Shown: positions 35,149 through 54,772 of the stretch, in pieces | How the letters are laid out: each line of letters opens with the position of its first letter | How positions within the stretch are numbered: the first letter of the stretch is position 1 | Assembly: GCF_009914755.1 (NCBI RefSeq) | Contig: NC_060941.1 | Length of the DNA stretch: 64,000 nucleotides | Origin: the human T2T-CHM13v2.0 reference genome, Homo sapiens | Direction: 5' to 3' (one strand) | The notes under the pieces: model-generated | What the model saw: the letters and a program-made list of their open reading frames with translations, nothing else | The model's database searches: none | Told to the model about the DNA's origin: nothing | Translations under genes and position numbers: made by a program

Positions 35149-35344
35149 TAGCCAGGATGGTCTCAATCTCCTGACCTCATGATCCGCCCGCCTTGGCCTC
35201 CCAAAGTGCTGGGATTACAGGCGTGAGCCACCGTGTCTGGCCCATGTAATTTTTCAGAACAAGTCCCTAGCTTATAGTAAATGCTCAATGAATGTGAGCT
35301 ATTATTTAATATTTTATTAAGTAGCATCTATGAGGTATTGAAGT

Positions 35345-36470
<1,126 letters not shown>

Positions 36471-37508
36471 CGAACAGTGTACTATACTGGGCACCAGACA
36501 TGTAAGCAGAGCTCAGTTCTGGAGGCTGGAAGGAATGCTTTCTTGGCCCTCGGGGCTCAGGATAGCAGGTTAAGATGCAAGCAAAACCATTATGATGCAA
36601 GGTCTGAATGCGATAAGTGCCCCAACGTAGGAGTTCAAACCAGACAGATCTTTTGCAGCTAATGAGGGGTGGAGGTCAATGGGTTGAGAAGGCTTTATTT
36701 TCTTGACCTTGAAGTGTGGTTAGAATCTGGTCATACAGACATGGGGAAAATGATATTCCAGGTGGAGGAAAAAGCAAAGTTGGAAAAACCAAGGCATGTT
36801 TGGGAAATCCAAACTTATCTAATATATCTGGTGTGTGGCCATCAAGGGGAACTGCACAGCATAAAACTAGAAAGATAAGCTGGGGTCCAATGCAGGTGAG
36901 CTTGTGTTTGAACTTCAGTTTGAACTTCATTCTGTAGGCAATGGGGAGCCACTGAATATTTTTCAGGTGACAAGTGAAAAGAACTGTATTGTAAGAAGAC
37001 TCCTTGGCCTGTATTCTATAGGATGGCTTGGGGTGGGGAGCAAGAAGAGGAGAGGTGATCACAGGTAATGAAGGGACTGTGGGCGGGCGGCGGGGAGGGG
37101 GCGGGCCTAGGCAATGGGGTTGGCCCGGGGCAGCACGAGTAGAAAGTATCTGGACAGATCCTGATGAGTGACTGCAAATGTGACATGAAGAGGTGTCAAG
37201 GTTGGCTCCGAAGTTGCCAGGCTCACTGCCCAGAGGATGGCAGAGAGCAGGAGATTCATTTACAAAGCAGGGGAGTCTGAGCAACAACAGGTGTGAAGGG
37301 ACCCTATGGATGTGGGGACTGTATGGGACATCCAGGTGGTGTCCAACCAAGGTCTAACGTCATGCTAAGGAAGGAGGAGGAAGAGAAAGGAGAGGAGACT
37401 TTGTCAAAGCAACACTGAACACAGTGTTTCAAGGTGCTTAACAGTCAAGTATTAGATGTGGCCAAATGATTAAGGAAGAAGAAAGATGAGTAGAGGCCAA
37501 CCAGCTGA

Positions 37509-38445
<937 letters not shown>

Positions 38446-38485
38446 CTTTATTTTTTATATTTTATTTATTTTAATTTAAATTTTG

Positions 38486-38582
38486 TATGGAATGCTTCAC
38501 GAATTTCACGACTTGTGCAGGGCCCACACTAATCTTCCCTGTACCACTGCAATTTTAGTATATGTGCTGCCAAAGCGATGAC
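38486..38582 (-). pseudogene. U6 snRNA retropseudogene with A-rich tail
   Basis: Reverse complement GTCATCGCTTTGGCAGCACATATACTAAAATTGCAGTGGTACAGGGAAGATTAG...GAAATTCGTGAAGCATTCCATA matches U6 with substitutions and a short deletion. Tail at ~38446-38485. Confidence 0.9.
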
Positions 38583-39825
38583 TGAAGTCCCCAGGCTTTG
38601 AGGAGGGAGCAACAGGCATCCTGCTTTCTGGGATTCGAAGTTGGAGAGAACCCCTAGACTTACATGACCCTCTCTTTCCACTTCACACCCACTAGAGTGA
38701 ATGAAATGTTAAAAATAAACACTGCTGTTCCCTTCCACCCTAAAGAAGAGAGGCACGCTAGACTCTCCCTGCTCCTCTCCCTGTCTCTCTGGCCTGCTGG
38801 CTGGAGATCAGGCACCACCAGGCAGACAGGCGCTGGCGGGACAGGCGGCTGTTTACTGCTAGTAGAGTACTGCTGTGTTTTCACAGCTCAGAATAGCTCT
38901 ATAGCCACCCCCAGGCCTGGGGACCTAGGAGCCTCACTGTTTATTTTCATGACAATTCTGGGCCTCACCTCTTCCCTTCTCTGAGTCAAGGTCCTCATTT
39001 GAGAACTCTCAGAGGGGGTAAGGTGTGGGTTAAAGGGTCCAAGACTACTAATTTCCTAATTATCTGTCCCAGCTGGCTCTGGAAGAGGGGAGGACGAATA
39101 ACTGACTGTACAACACGGGCGTTTTGGTTGGGATGGAATTTCCCCTGCTTTTAAAGAAAGAGTTGATTAAAGGACTGCATGGCCAGAGCCGGTGGGGAGG
39201 AAAACGTGGGAATGAAAGAGGGTAGAAGGGATGACCCCATCTGGATTGCGACAGGTTCTGTGTGAGGAGCTTTCACTAGAGAATTATGGGGGCTTCTCTG
39301 ACTCATGGTGCCCCTCAAATCAGGCTGGGTTCTGGCTGCCCTGGTGTTTAAAAGGTATTCAGAGGTAGGGGAAGACTGGCTTCACAGAATACTCTTTTGA
39401 ACTCTGAATTTTTTTAATAATGTGAGTGTATTACTTTTGAAAATATTTTAGGCTCACTCCTGTAATCCCAGAACTTTGGGAGGCCGAGGCGGGTAGATCG
39501 CCTGAGTTTGGGAGTTCGAGACTAGCCTGGCCAATGTGGTGAAACCCCATCTCTACTGAAAAAAAAACAAAAATTAGTCAGGCCCTGGTGGCCTGTGCCT
39601 GTAGTCCTGGCTACTCAAGTGGCTGAGGCACAAGAATCACTTGAACCCGGGAGGAGGAGGTTCCAATGAGCCAAGATTGTGCCCCTGTACTCCAGCCTGG
39701 GTAACAGAGTGAGACCCTGTCTCAAAAAAAAAAAAAAAAAAAAAGGCCAAGCATAGTGACTCACACCTGTAATCCCAGCACTTTGGGAGGCCGAGATGGA
39801 TGGATCATCTGAGCTCAGGAGTTCA

Positions 39826-40089
<264 letters not shown>

Positions 40090-40689
40090 TCATTAATCAT
40101 TTACTTCTGTTAGATAATTCAAAGCCAGGCACCACTTCATTGGAACTACGTTCAAAGGACTGCCACTACTCAGAATATCAAAGCTGAAAAGAGGGTGAGG
40201 GTCCCTGGGTCTCATTTTACAGTTGACAAAAGCAAACCCCAGAGACTCCAGTGATTTGGCCAAGGTTGCACAGTTGTTAAATTTTATTTCTTTTTTAAAA
40301 TCCGGTGATGCCCATGGCGGGGGTACAGTTTCCTGGGCTGCCTGCTGGAGGCTTGAGAGTGTTTCTGAGAGTCTGCTAAGGAAAAGGAAGGAGCACTTTC
40401 TGCCCCCTGCCCACCTCCTACCCACCAGCCCCCACCTCTCTCCCGTCCACAACCAGGCTGAGCAACAGCTGGGCAATTGATGACTTGGTTTCTTTCCCTC
40501 CTTCTTTAGTCGGTCTCAATTATTCCAAAGAATCCTTGAGTTGAAGCAAGGAGGGACAGCGGTTTGGGCTTAGCTCAAGTCACACTTCCCTTCTCTCCTC
40601 AAATAGCCCTTCTTTGCCTCTGGGATACAGACCAGGACCAAGGGGAAAGAAAGCCTTTTAAAAATAGTCCTGGCCACACTTTTGCAGGT

Positions 40690-40876
40690 TTCCTTCCCTT
40701 GCCTCTGCCTCTCTAGTGCACCATCAGCAAGTTTAACTCCTGGCAGGAAGGATGAAATTTGACAGCAAGAATGTTTCTTAACTTCCTTCCCTTGCCTCTG
40801 CCTCTGTAGTGCGCCATCAACAAAGTTTAACTCCTGGCAGGACGGATGAAATTTGACAGCAAAAATGTTTTCTAAC
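40690..40876. repeat. Imperfect tandem duplication of a ~93-bp unit
   Basis: 40690-40782 and 40783-40876 both begin TTCCTTCCCTTGCCTCTGCCTCT and share GTTTAACTCCTGGCAGGA.GGATGAAATTTGACAGCAA. Confidence 0.92.
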
Positions 40877-40988
40877 TGCAAAGGTGGTTTGGCACTGCAA
40901 AGGGTTGATTAAGAATGGGAGAAGAGGTTGGGCGCGGTGGCTCAAGCCTGTAATCCCAGCACTTTGGGAGGCTGAGGCAGGCAGATCA

Positions 40989-41279
<291 letters not shown>

Positions 41280-42767
41280 TTAAATGTTCGTGGAAACAGG
41301 TTACTTCCTGGAGGGAACAACAGCTTCTTTTGGGAAGGGGGCTAAGGAAGAGCGAGGTGAAGAAGAGGAAGGGCAGTTCGTGCTTCCCATAAAGGTTCTG
41401 GTGACTCATTTGATTTTGGAAGAAGGCAGGCCCTGGGATGGCAGGAGGAAGGTATCTAGTGGGGAGTTCTGAGATGTTTACAATGCGGCAAATGACTTCA
41501 GGTTTTCTTCTGTGCACAAAATGTGCAGCCCATCCTGAGACACGCTCCACGCTTCCCCTACCTGCTCAGTTCAAGGTCCTAAAGCTGAACTTTCTCACTG
41601 TGCCAGAGAGAAGCCAGCCCTTTGCACTGGCGAACAATGATTAACCCGCCTCTCCCTCCACCTGTTTTTCTCAACATGTTTTTCTAAAACATAAACTGGG
41701 TCACTCACTTAGAAGGTGACAGCAGTTGATCTGGCCAGTTTCCCATGTCCACCATGAAACACTTCCTCCATTGATCACTTGGTAGGGAAAAAAAAAAGCA
41801 TACAAAAGAAAAGTAATTAAAAACAAAAATAAAACTGTACATTTTGCACTTTGGGCTGTAGCCCTGCTGCTCGGACGAAGCTGTGAACTGGAGCTAGGTT
41901 TCGAATCCCATCTATAGTATGTAGAAAACACCCATTCTAGGTCAGGCACAGTGGCTCACACCTATAATCCCAACACTTTGGGAGGCTGACAGAGGAGGAC
42001 ACTTGAGCCCAGGAGTTACAGACCAGCCTGGGCAACAAAGTGAGACCCTGTTTCTACAAAAAATACAAAAAATTCGCCGGGTGTGGTAGCACCGGCCTGT
42101 AGTCCCAGGTACTGGAGAGGCTGAGCTGGGAGGATTGCTTGGGACCCAGGAGGTCGAGGCTGCAGTGAGCATTGATGGGAACAGTGCACTCCAGCCTGGG
42201 CAACAGAGTGAGACCCATCTCAAAAACAAAACAAAACAAAACAAAACAAAACAAACCTATTGTAGGATGATAACTGAGTAAAGGAAAGGTGGCTCCTCTC
42301 TCAACAGAATCCAGAGCCCCCACCCAGAATAGAAGATACAGCTTCAGGTAAAATCAGACTTTCTTTTTGGTAGTAAATGCAATTTTTGGATGAGGTGTGT
42401 GGTAAGTTACAGCTCCTTTTCCCTCTTTGCTTTCTCGTCTGCAAATAAACTTGTTCGAGTGAATGAGTCAACCTTGCCCTGGGAGAATGTGCCAGGGCCC
42501 TGGGCCCAGCTGCACTTACTCATCAGCAGACCAGACTGTACTTCCTGGCATCTTTCCTTCATGTTCTTCTCAAGATCCAAAGCCTCTGGATTTCTAGTTG
42601 TGGGGAAAATGCCTGAGGAGTGGCTTGCTTGGGTACCTACCAAAGAGGAGCCCAAATGATTTTCCATCCTCATTCCTTCCCCAACTCAGCTGGCCATTTC
42701 CCTAGAGGGTGTTAACGAATCTTCTCTACCGAGGACAAAATAATAGGGAACTCACTGATATTTCTAC

Positions 42768-44233
<1,466 letters not shown>

Positions 44234-44365
44234 GTAGGTAGTCACTCACATAAGGATCCTCCAGTTTACATAGTTTTGTAAATGTCAGGTCACCCTGTCC
44301 CACTAGACCACCAAGGTCCTGGAGGACACCTGGGATTTAACTTTTTTTTTTTTTTTTTTTTTTGA

Positions 44366-44650
<285 letters not shown>

Positions 44651-44794
44651 TAACTTTTAATTCCTCAGAGAGCCAGGCATGGTGCTTTGCTCAGGAAATG
44701 TTGGTTGAATTAAACCGGAGCACTTCTTGAAAAGGGAAAATAACAAAGAGTTAGAAGGAGATGGCGGGAACCCCTCTCTGGAGATAGTTCTTTA

Positions 44795-45139
<345 letters not shown>

Positions 45140-46392
45140 TCATATATCCACAAGACCTTTGAGAATCCACGGTGTCTCGATGCAGTCAGCTTTCTAACAA
45201 GCTGGGGCCTCACCTGTTTTCCCACGGATAAAAACGTGCTGGAGGAAGCAGAAAGGGGCTGGCAGGTGGAAAGATGAGGACCAGCTCATCGTCTCATGAC
45301 TATGAGGTTGCTCTGATCCAGAGGGTCCCCCTGCCTGGTGGCCCACCGCCAGGAAGACTCCCACTGTCCCTGGATGCCCAGAGTGGGATGTCAACTCCAT
45401 CACTTATCAACTCCTTATCCATAGGGGTATTCTTCCTGAGGCGTCTCAGAAAACAGGGCCCTCCCCATATGCTGACCACATAATAGAACCCCTCCCAACT
45501 CAGAGACCCTGGCTGCTAGCTGCCCTGGCATGACCCAGACAGTGGCCTTTGTATATGTTTTTAGACTCACCTTGACTCACCTCTGACCATAGAAACTCTC
45601 ATCCCAGAGGTCACTGCAATAGTTACTCCACAACAGAGGCTTATCTGGGTAGAGGGAGGCTCCCTACCTATGGCCCAGCAGCCCTGACAGTGCAGATCAC
45701 ATATACCCCACGCCCCAGCACTGCCTGCCACGCATGGGCTTACTTTACACCCACCCACAGTCACCAACACATTACCTGCTCTCCAAGGTTAGGCGTGGCA
45801 GGAGAAGTTTGCTTGGACCAGCAGAAACCATGCAGTCAAGGACAACTGGAGTCAGCATGGGCTGGGTGCGAGCCCTTGGTGGGGTGGGGAGGAGACTCCA
45901 GGTCATACCTCCTGGAGGATGTTTTAATCATTTCCAGCATGGAATGCTGTCAACTTTTGCCACAGATTCATTAGCTCTGAGTTTCTTTTTTCTGTCCCCA
46001 GCTACCCCTTACATGTCAATATGGACTTAATGATGGGAAATTCAGGCAAGTTTTTAAACATTTTATTCCCCCTGGCTCTTATCCTCAAAAAATGCATGAA
46101 TTTGGAGGCAGTGGCTCATGCCTGTAATCCCAATGCTTTGCTAGGTTGAGGCGGGAGGATCACTTGAAGCCAGGAATTTGAGACCAGCCTGGGCCGCATA
46201 GTGAGACCCCGTTTCTACAAAAATAAATAAATAAATAATAAATAATAGTGATATGAAGCATGATTAAATAGCCCTATTTTTTAAAATGCATGAGTTCGTT
46301 ACCTGATTCATTCCCTGGTTCCTTTCACAGTCCTCCGTGACCCAAGTGTTAGGGTTTTGGTCTCTCTACTATTTGTAGGCTGATATATAGTA

Positions 46393-46393
46393 T

Positions 46394-46428
<35 letters not shown>
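46393..46428. repeat. (CA)n microsatellite upstream of G6PC1
   Basis: Read directly. Confidence 0.9.
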
Positions 46429-46543
46429 GTGTATCTTGAGCTTTCTTTTGTATATCTACACACATATGTATAAGAAAGCTCAAGATATAGAAGCCCTTTT
46501 TCAAAAATAACTGAAAGTTTCAAACTCTTTAAGTCTCCAGTTA

Positions 46544-46819
<276 letters not shown>

Positions 46820-46844
46820 TCAGGAGGCTGAGGTGGGAGGATCA

Positions 46845-47003
<159 letters not shown>

Positions 47004-47389
47004 TCACTGCATTCAAAAACGATTACTTTCTGGCCCTAAGAGACATGAGGCCAATACCAGGAAGGGGGTTGATCTCCCAAACCAGAGGCAGACCCTAGAC
47101 TCTAATACAGTTAAGGAAAGACCAGCAAGATGATAGTCCCCAATACAATAGAAGTTACTATATTTTATTTGTTGTTTTTCTTTTGTTTTGTTTTGTTTTG
47201 TTTTGTTTTGTTTTAGAGACTGGGGTCTTGCTCGATTGCCCAGGCTGTAGTGCAGCGGTGGGACAATAGCTCACTGCAGACTCCAACTCCTGGGCTCAAG
47301 CAATCCTCCTGCCTCAGCCTCCTGAATAGCTGGGACTACAAGGGTACACCATCACACACACCAAAACAATTTTTTAAATTTTTGTGTAG

Positions 47390-47515
<126 letters not shown>

Positions 47516-47714
47516 TAATTTTAAAATTAAGAACTTAAAACTTGAATAGCTAGAGCACCAAGATTTTTCTTTGTCCCCAAATAAGTGCAGTTGCAGGCAT
47601 AGAAAATCTGACATCTTTGCAAGAATCATCGTGGATGTAGACTCTGTCCTGTGTCTCTGGCCTGGTTTCGGGGACCAGGAGGGCAGACCCTTGCACTGCC
47701 AAGAAGCATGCCAA

Positions 47715-47729
47715 AGTTAATCATTGGCC
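47715..47729 (+). promoter_or_regulatory. G6PC1: G6PC1 promoter HNF1 site
   Basis: AGTTAATCATTGGCC, about 220 nt upstream of the TSS; an established accessory element. Confidence 0.85.
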
Positions 47730-47754
47730 CTGCTGAGTACATGGCCGATCAGGC

Positions 47755-47812
47755 TGTTTTTGTGTGCCTGTTTTTCTATTTTACGTAAATCACCCTGAAC
47801 ATGTTTGCATCA
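47755..47812 (+). promoter_or_regulatory. G6PC1: G6PC1 insulin response sequences (FOXO1 IRS1-3) and CRE1/CRE2
   Basis: TGTTTTT 47755-61, TGTTTTT 47769-75, TATTTTA 47777-83, TTACGTAA 47781-88, TTGCATCA 47805-12. Confidence 0.8.
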
Positions 47813-47865
47813 ACCTACTGGTGATGCACCTTTGATCAATACATTTTAGACAAACGTGGTTTTTG

Positions 47866-47878
47866 AGTCCAAAGATCA
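47866..47878 (+). promoter_or_regulatory. G6PC1: G6PC1 proximal HNF4 DR1
   Basis: AGTCCAAAGATCA about 70 nt upstream of the TSS. Confidence 0.8.
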
Positions 47879-47912
47879 GGGCTGGGTTGACCTGAATACT
47901 GGATACAGGGCA

Positions 47913-47918
47913 TATAAA
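47913..47918 (+). promoter_or_regulatory. G6PC1: G6PC1 TATA box (TSS ~47940)
   Basis: TATAAA about 27 nt upstream of CATAGCAGAG. Confidence 0.88.
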
Positions 47919-48001
47919 ACAGGGGCAAGGCACAGACTCATAGCAGAGCAATCACCACCAAGCCTGGAATAACTGCAAGGGCTCTGCTGACATCTTCCTG
48001 A

Positions 48002-48250
<249 letters not shown>

Positions 48251-49358
48251 TAAGAACCATATAGAGAGGAGATCAGCAAGAAAAGAGGCTGGCATTCGCT
48301 CTCGCAATGTCTGTCCATCAGAAGTTGCTTTCCCCAGGCTATTCAGGAAGCCACGGGCTACTCATGCTTCCAACCCCTCTCTCTGACTTTGGATCATCTA
48401 CATAAAGGGGGAAGACAGAAAAAATCCTACCAGTGAGTTGAAAATACAGGAAAGCCTATTTCATATGGGTTAAAGGGTAGGACAGTTGAATTTCGTGAAA
48501 AGTCTGAGTTATATAGGCTTTGAGCAAAGAGTTTTATTAGTATGAAGCAGAAGAGGTAACATAAAGAAAGATGTATGGGGCCAGGCATGGTGGCTCACAC
48601 CTGTAATCCCAGCACTTTGGGAGGCCGAGGTGGGCGAATCACTCCTGGGTGAACTCAGGAGTTCAAGACCAGCCTGGGCAACATGGCGAAACTCCATCTC
48701 TACAAAAACATTACGAAAATTAGCTGGGCGTGTTGGTGCTGTAGTCCCAGCTACTCAGGAGGCTGAGGTGAGAGGCGGAGGAGGTTGCAGTGAGTCAAGA
48801 TCATGCCACTGCACTCCAGCCTGGGCAACAGAGTAAGACCCTGTCTCAAAAAAAAAAAAAAGATAGATGATGTATGCTGTATGAAAAAAGGAAACACACA
48901 GATGATTCAACAGCCTGTTTTGTGGGGTAATGAAAAGTCACCCTGGGAACTGGGCTCCAGCCCTCGTTCTGCCACCCACCAACTACATGTCCTTGGCAAG
49001 TCATATCAATTATCTGAGTTTCTGTTTTATAATCTACAAATAGGTTATCTCTGGCAGCTTAATAATAATCAGGGTTAACATTTATTAAACAGTGTGTGCC
49101 AGTCCATGTGCTATGTGCTTTTCTGTGAGGTAGTTACTGCTATTTACAGAAACAGTAGATGCAGAGACCAAGGTGCTGAGTTAAATGATTAGGCCAACAA
49201 GGTTAGTACATGCCGAGCCAGGATGGAAGCCCAGGTAGGCAGGCTGGCTTCCGCGGCAATGCTCTTATGAACTATGTTACGTCCAGTGCTGATAAACTGA
49301 CTCTCTGGGGAGCAGGGGAAAGCCCTGAGTTTAGCATTTGCCAATTTCTATCACGTAA

Positions 49359-49601
<243 letters not shown>

Positions 49602-50579
49602 TAGGCTGGTCTCGAACTCCTGACCTCATGATCTGCCTGCCTTGGCCTCCCTAAGTGCTAGGATTACAGGCGTGAGCCACTACACCCAGCCGCATGATTC
49701 TAAAAAATAAAAAGATGAAGTGTTATTCCAAACATCTGATCTCCATTGAAGAACCATGCAATCTCTCTGGGTTGATAGAGGCCAGAGTTAGTGGCTCTCC
49801 CTGATTTCGGTGAGAAATCACTATTCCACCATCACGGGATAAAAGGCATCCTGACTGGCGGTTGACACCTATTTCCACAGTGAAAGATATATCTAGTACT
49901 TTTAAAGGGGAAGTGGTTTGTCTGAGATACTCTGTTTCAAAGTAGAGAGGATACAGAACAAGCATCTGAAGCTATATACATCCTTACAGAGAGCAATTCT
50001 GATGGAAATGCAGGCCATGTTTCCCTGGGGGGGGCTCGTCCTAGGGGCTGGAGTGCATTCTCTGATGTCAGAGGAAATGCAAGATTCCCTGAGGCCTGAG
50101 GGAACCCATGGTATATGCAAGTCCAAGTTTCAAACTGTAGTTCCATATGCATTCTTCCAGGACAAATACTTCTTGAGGTTAAAAAAAAAAAGTCACATAG
50201 CTGCCATTTTATGGATTTCAGGATTTTTTTTTTTTTTTTTTTGAGATGGAGTCTTGCTCTGTCACCCAGCCTGTAGTGCAGTGGCATAATCTCGGCTCAC
50301 GGCAACCTCCGCCTCCCAGGTTCAAGCGATTCTCTTGCCTTAGCCTCCCGAGTAGCTGGGATTACAGTCACGCACCACCACATCTGGCTAATTCTTTATA
50401 TTTTTTGGTAGAAACGGTGTTTCACCATGTTGGCCAGGCTGGTCTCAAACTCCTGACCTCATGTGATCTGCCTGCCTTGGCCTCCCAAAGTGCTGAGATT
50501 ACAGGTGTGAGCCACCGCGCCTGCCTGGAGTTCAGAATCTTGGGCTTCATTATTTGTGTTTAAATAGATCATACAGTCA

Positions 50580-50747
<168 letters not shown>

Positions 50748-51044
50748 TCAGGAGGCTGAGGTGGGAGGATCCCAGGAGGTAGAGGTCACAATGAGCCGAG
50801 ATTGCGCCACTGCACTCCAGGCTGGGTTACTGAGCCAGATCCTGTCTCAAAAAAAAAAAAGATAATACATTCAAACAGTTCAAAATGCAAAAGTTACATA
50901 CATAAGGAAGTGTCATGAAATATCTCCCTCTCACACTTCTCCCCAGCCACCCAGTTCTCCCTTCTAGAGGCAACATGTGAAATCCTTCTCAGGCTACACT
51001 CTTCTTGAAGGTGTAGGCTTTGGGCAAAAGCATTCATTCAGTAA

Positions 51045-51263
<219 letters not shown>

Positions 51264-52112
51264 TGAGGAGAGCCATTCCTTTGTACTTTTGTCATGCTCT
51301 TCAATTGGCACAAATTAATTCACTTCTGCAATACTTTCCTGAATAGCACAGTAGTATTGGAAATCTGCCTATTACAGAACCTGGATGGAGTCCAGAGAGG
51401 CACGGGCATCCATGGGCAAAGGGCTCGTGAGAGTCACCGCCCTGCAGCGCTGTGTCCTGAGAAAGGAGGGGGCAGAAGCCTGAGCTTCTGGGGGTCCTTC
51501 CCAATGGCCTGGCCCACTGGATGTGCCCTCCTGAGCTGACCGTCCAATCCCTTGCCCTCTCTGTGCCTACGTTTTATTAGTTACAGCCAGATGGTTACTG
51601 TCAAATCAAATGATAGATTTCATTTTCAGTATGTAATAGGAAGCCCCTCCCTCACCCTAAAGTCTCAGCTGCCCTCTAAGACTAGTACTCTCTAAGGTAC
51701 TAGTATCCCTTCCTCAGAGACCCTTTCCCTGACCCCAAAACTAGGGAAGGTCCCTTAGTTATTTGCTCTCACAGACCACGCATTTACCTCAGAGCATATT
51801 CACTCATTCAGCTGTTACTTACCAAGCACCTACTGGGAGCTATACACTGTTCTATGTGCTAGGGATACCTCTGTCAGTGAACAACACAGACACAAAGATC
51901 CCTGCCCTTGTGGAGCTGAAATCTGAATAGAGGAGGTGAAATATACAAAAATTATAATAAATAAGTAAACTAGGCCAGTTGTGGTTGCTCATGCCTGTAA
52001 TCCCAGCACTTTGGGAAGCCAAGGTAGGTAGATCACCTGAGGTCAGGAGTTCAAAACCAGCCTGGCCAACATTGCAAAATCCTGTCTTTACTAAAAATGG
52101 AAAAATTGGTCA

Positions 52113-52268
<156 letters not shown>

Positions 52269-52572
52269 CTATTAATATGTAGGATAGGCCAGGCACGGTG
52301 GCTCACCCTGTAATCCCAGCACTTTGGGAGGCTGAGGCGGGTGGATCACCTGAGGTGAGGAGTTCAAGACCAGCCTGGCCAACATGGCAAAACCCTGTCT
52401 CTACTAAAAATACAAAAATTAGCTGGGTGTCCTGGTGCATGCCTGTAATCTGAGCTACTCAGGAGGCTAAGGCAGGAGAATCGCTTGAACCTGGGAGGTG
52501 GTGAGCCAAGATTGCGCCATTGCACTCCAGCCTGGGCGACAAAATGAGACACCATCTGAAAAAAAAAAAAAA

Positions 52573-52573
<1 letters not shown>

Positions 52574-52620
<47 letters not shown>
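52574..52620. repeat. (TA)n(CA)n microsatellite in G6PC1 intron 2
   Basis: Read directly. Confidence 0.92.
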
Positions 52621-52623
<3 letters not shown>

Positions 52624-52896
52624 ATACTAGAAAATGATTGTTTATAGGCAAAAAAAAAAAAAAAGAAGAAGAAGAAGAAAAGGAAAGGAGAAGGAAAGAA
52701 GGACCAAACATCTTTTGTAGAAATATGTTTGCTTTCATCATAACAGCTTGTTATCAAGGATGAATTTCTCCCTGAAATTAATGGAGGCACAGACTGGAAA
52801 GTTTAAAGTGGCTTTAAGAGGTTATTTTATTTAGTCCTCTGTCTTAATAGAAGCAAATTATTATCTCTGCTCCTTAGGTAGAGTAGCTAAGGCTCA

Positions 52897-53106
<210 letters not shown>

Positions 53107-53845
53107 TCAACCCGGGAGGCAGAGGTTGCAGTGAGCTGAAATCACACCACTGCACTCCAGCCTTGGTGACAGAGAAAGATTCTGTCAGGAAAAAAAAAAA
53201 AAAGTTTAAATGAATTACCCAAGGTATATAATTGTTAGTGTTAGAAGGAAGAAGAAGGGAGGGAGGAAGGAAGGGAGAAAGAAAGGGAAGGAGGAAGGGA
53301 GGGAGGGAAGAAAGCCTTTATTTATCTATGGGGTTCCCTGGAAAGCAGGCTGAAATGGAGATTCACGTGCAGGAGTTTAGATACTCTGGGGAACTATACT
53401 TGTAGAAGGGAAGGAACAGGAACAGGGCAGAAGGAGAGGTCCGGTTGTGATTCTGCCTCATCCAACCCCACAGCGAGCTCTGAAGCTGGGGATGGCTCCT
53501 CAGAGTTGGTCCAAGTTGGGACAAGGGAATCAGACCCTGGGGAGAGCGTAACCTTGATCAAGGCGACTCTCTTTAGCCCAGGGCAATGCCAGGAGAAGGC
53601 TGAGAGCAGAAAGCCATCTACCATCACACTCTCAACAGCTACGAAATAAGTCCTGCAGTTCAGGAGGGAGGTCTGGGCGGCACATCTCAGGACCCTCTAT
53701 CTCTCAGGGTAGAGGAATTAAGAATGGGATGGGAACCAGACGGGCCATGGTGGCTCACACCTATAATCCCAACACTTTGGGAGGCCAAGGGTAGGAGGAT
53801 TGCTTGAGCCCAAGAGTTCAAAACCAGCCTGGGCAAAAACAATCA

Positions 53846-53995
<150 letters not shown>

Positions 53996-54480
53996 CTAGG
54001 AGACAAAGCAAGACACTGTCTCTAAAAAAACAAAAAACAAACAAATAAAAAAACGGAACCGGTTGCAAGCAGGGTTAAATAGCGTGGTCAGAGTAGGACT
54101 CACTGAGAATATGAGATCTGAGTCAAGTCTTCAAGGATGTGAGGAAGTAAGTTTCTGGCAGAAGAGCTGTGAAGGGCTGTCTGGCCAGAGAAGATTGCAA
54201 TGCAAAAGCCCTGAGGTGGGAACGTGTTTGGTGTGTTTAAAGGAAAGCAATGAGGCCAGTGTAGCCAGAACAGAGTGTGCAAGGAGAGAAGGAACAGAAG
54301 ATGTGGAGGGCAGATCAGTTTGTAATTGTACGCCCAGTATGCTGATTCTTTGTGTAATCTCCAGACTGTATTAAACTGCAAGAGCAGGGCCCCTCTCTGG
54401 CTTTGCTCACCATTGTATTCCCAGAGCCTTGCACAATGCTTGGTGCATAGGAGATGGAAATTTGTTAAATAAATGAATTA

Positions 54481-54603
54481 TGGATAACGAATGGATGGTA
54501 AGATGGGTGGATGGATGGGGGGTGAACGGATGGATGGGGGGTGAATGGATGGATGAATGGGTAGATGGGTGGATAGGGGGATGGCTGGGTGGCTGGGTAG
54601 ATG
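54481..54603. repeat. (GGAT)n-like G-rich low-complexity tract just upstream of G6PC1 exon 3
   Basis: GGATGGATGGGGGGTGAA repeats. Confidence 0.85.
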
Positions 54604-54604
54604 A

Positions 54605-54772
<168 letters not shown>

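Noticed and set aside
38486-38582. Functional U6 snRNA gene
   Set aside because: The ACAGAGA box is mutated, there is an internal deletion, and the A-tail and TSD mark it as a retrocopy.
45223-45238. CACG...CGTG palindromic ChoRE candidate
   Set aside because: The spacing is one nt short of ChoRE geometry.
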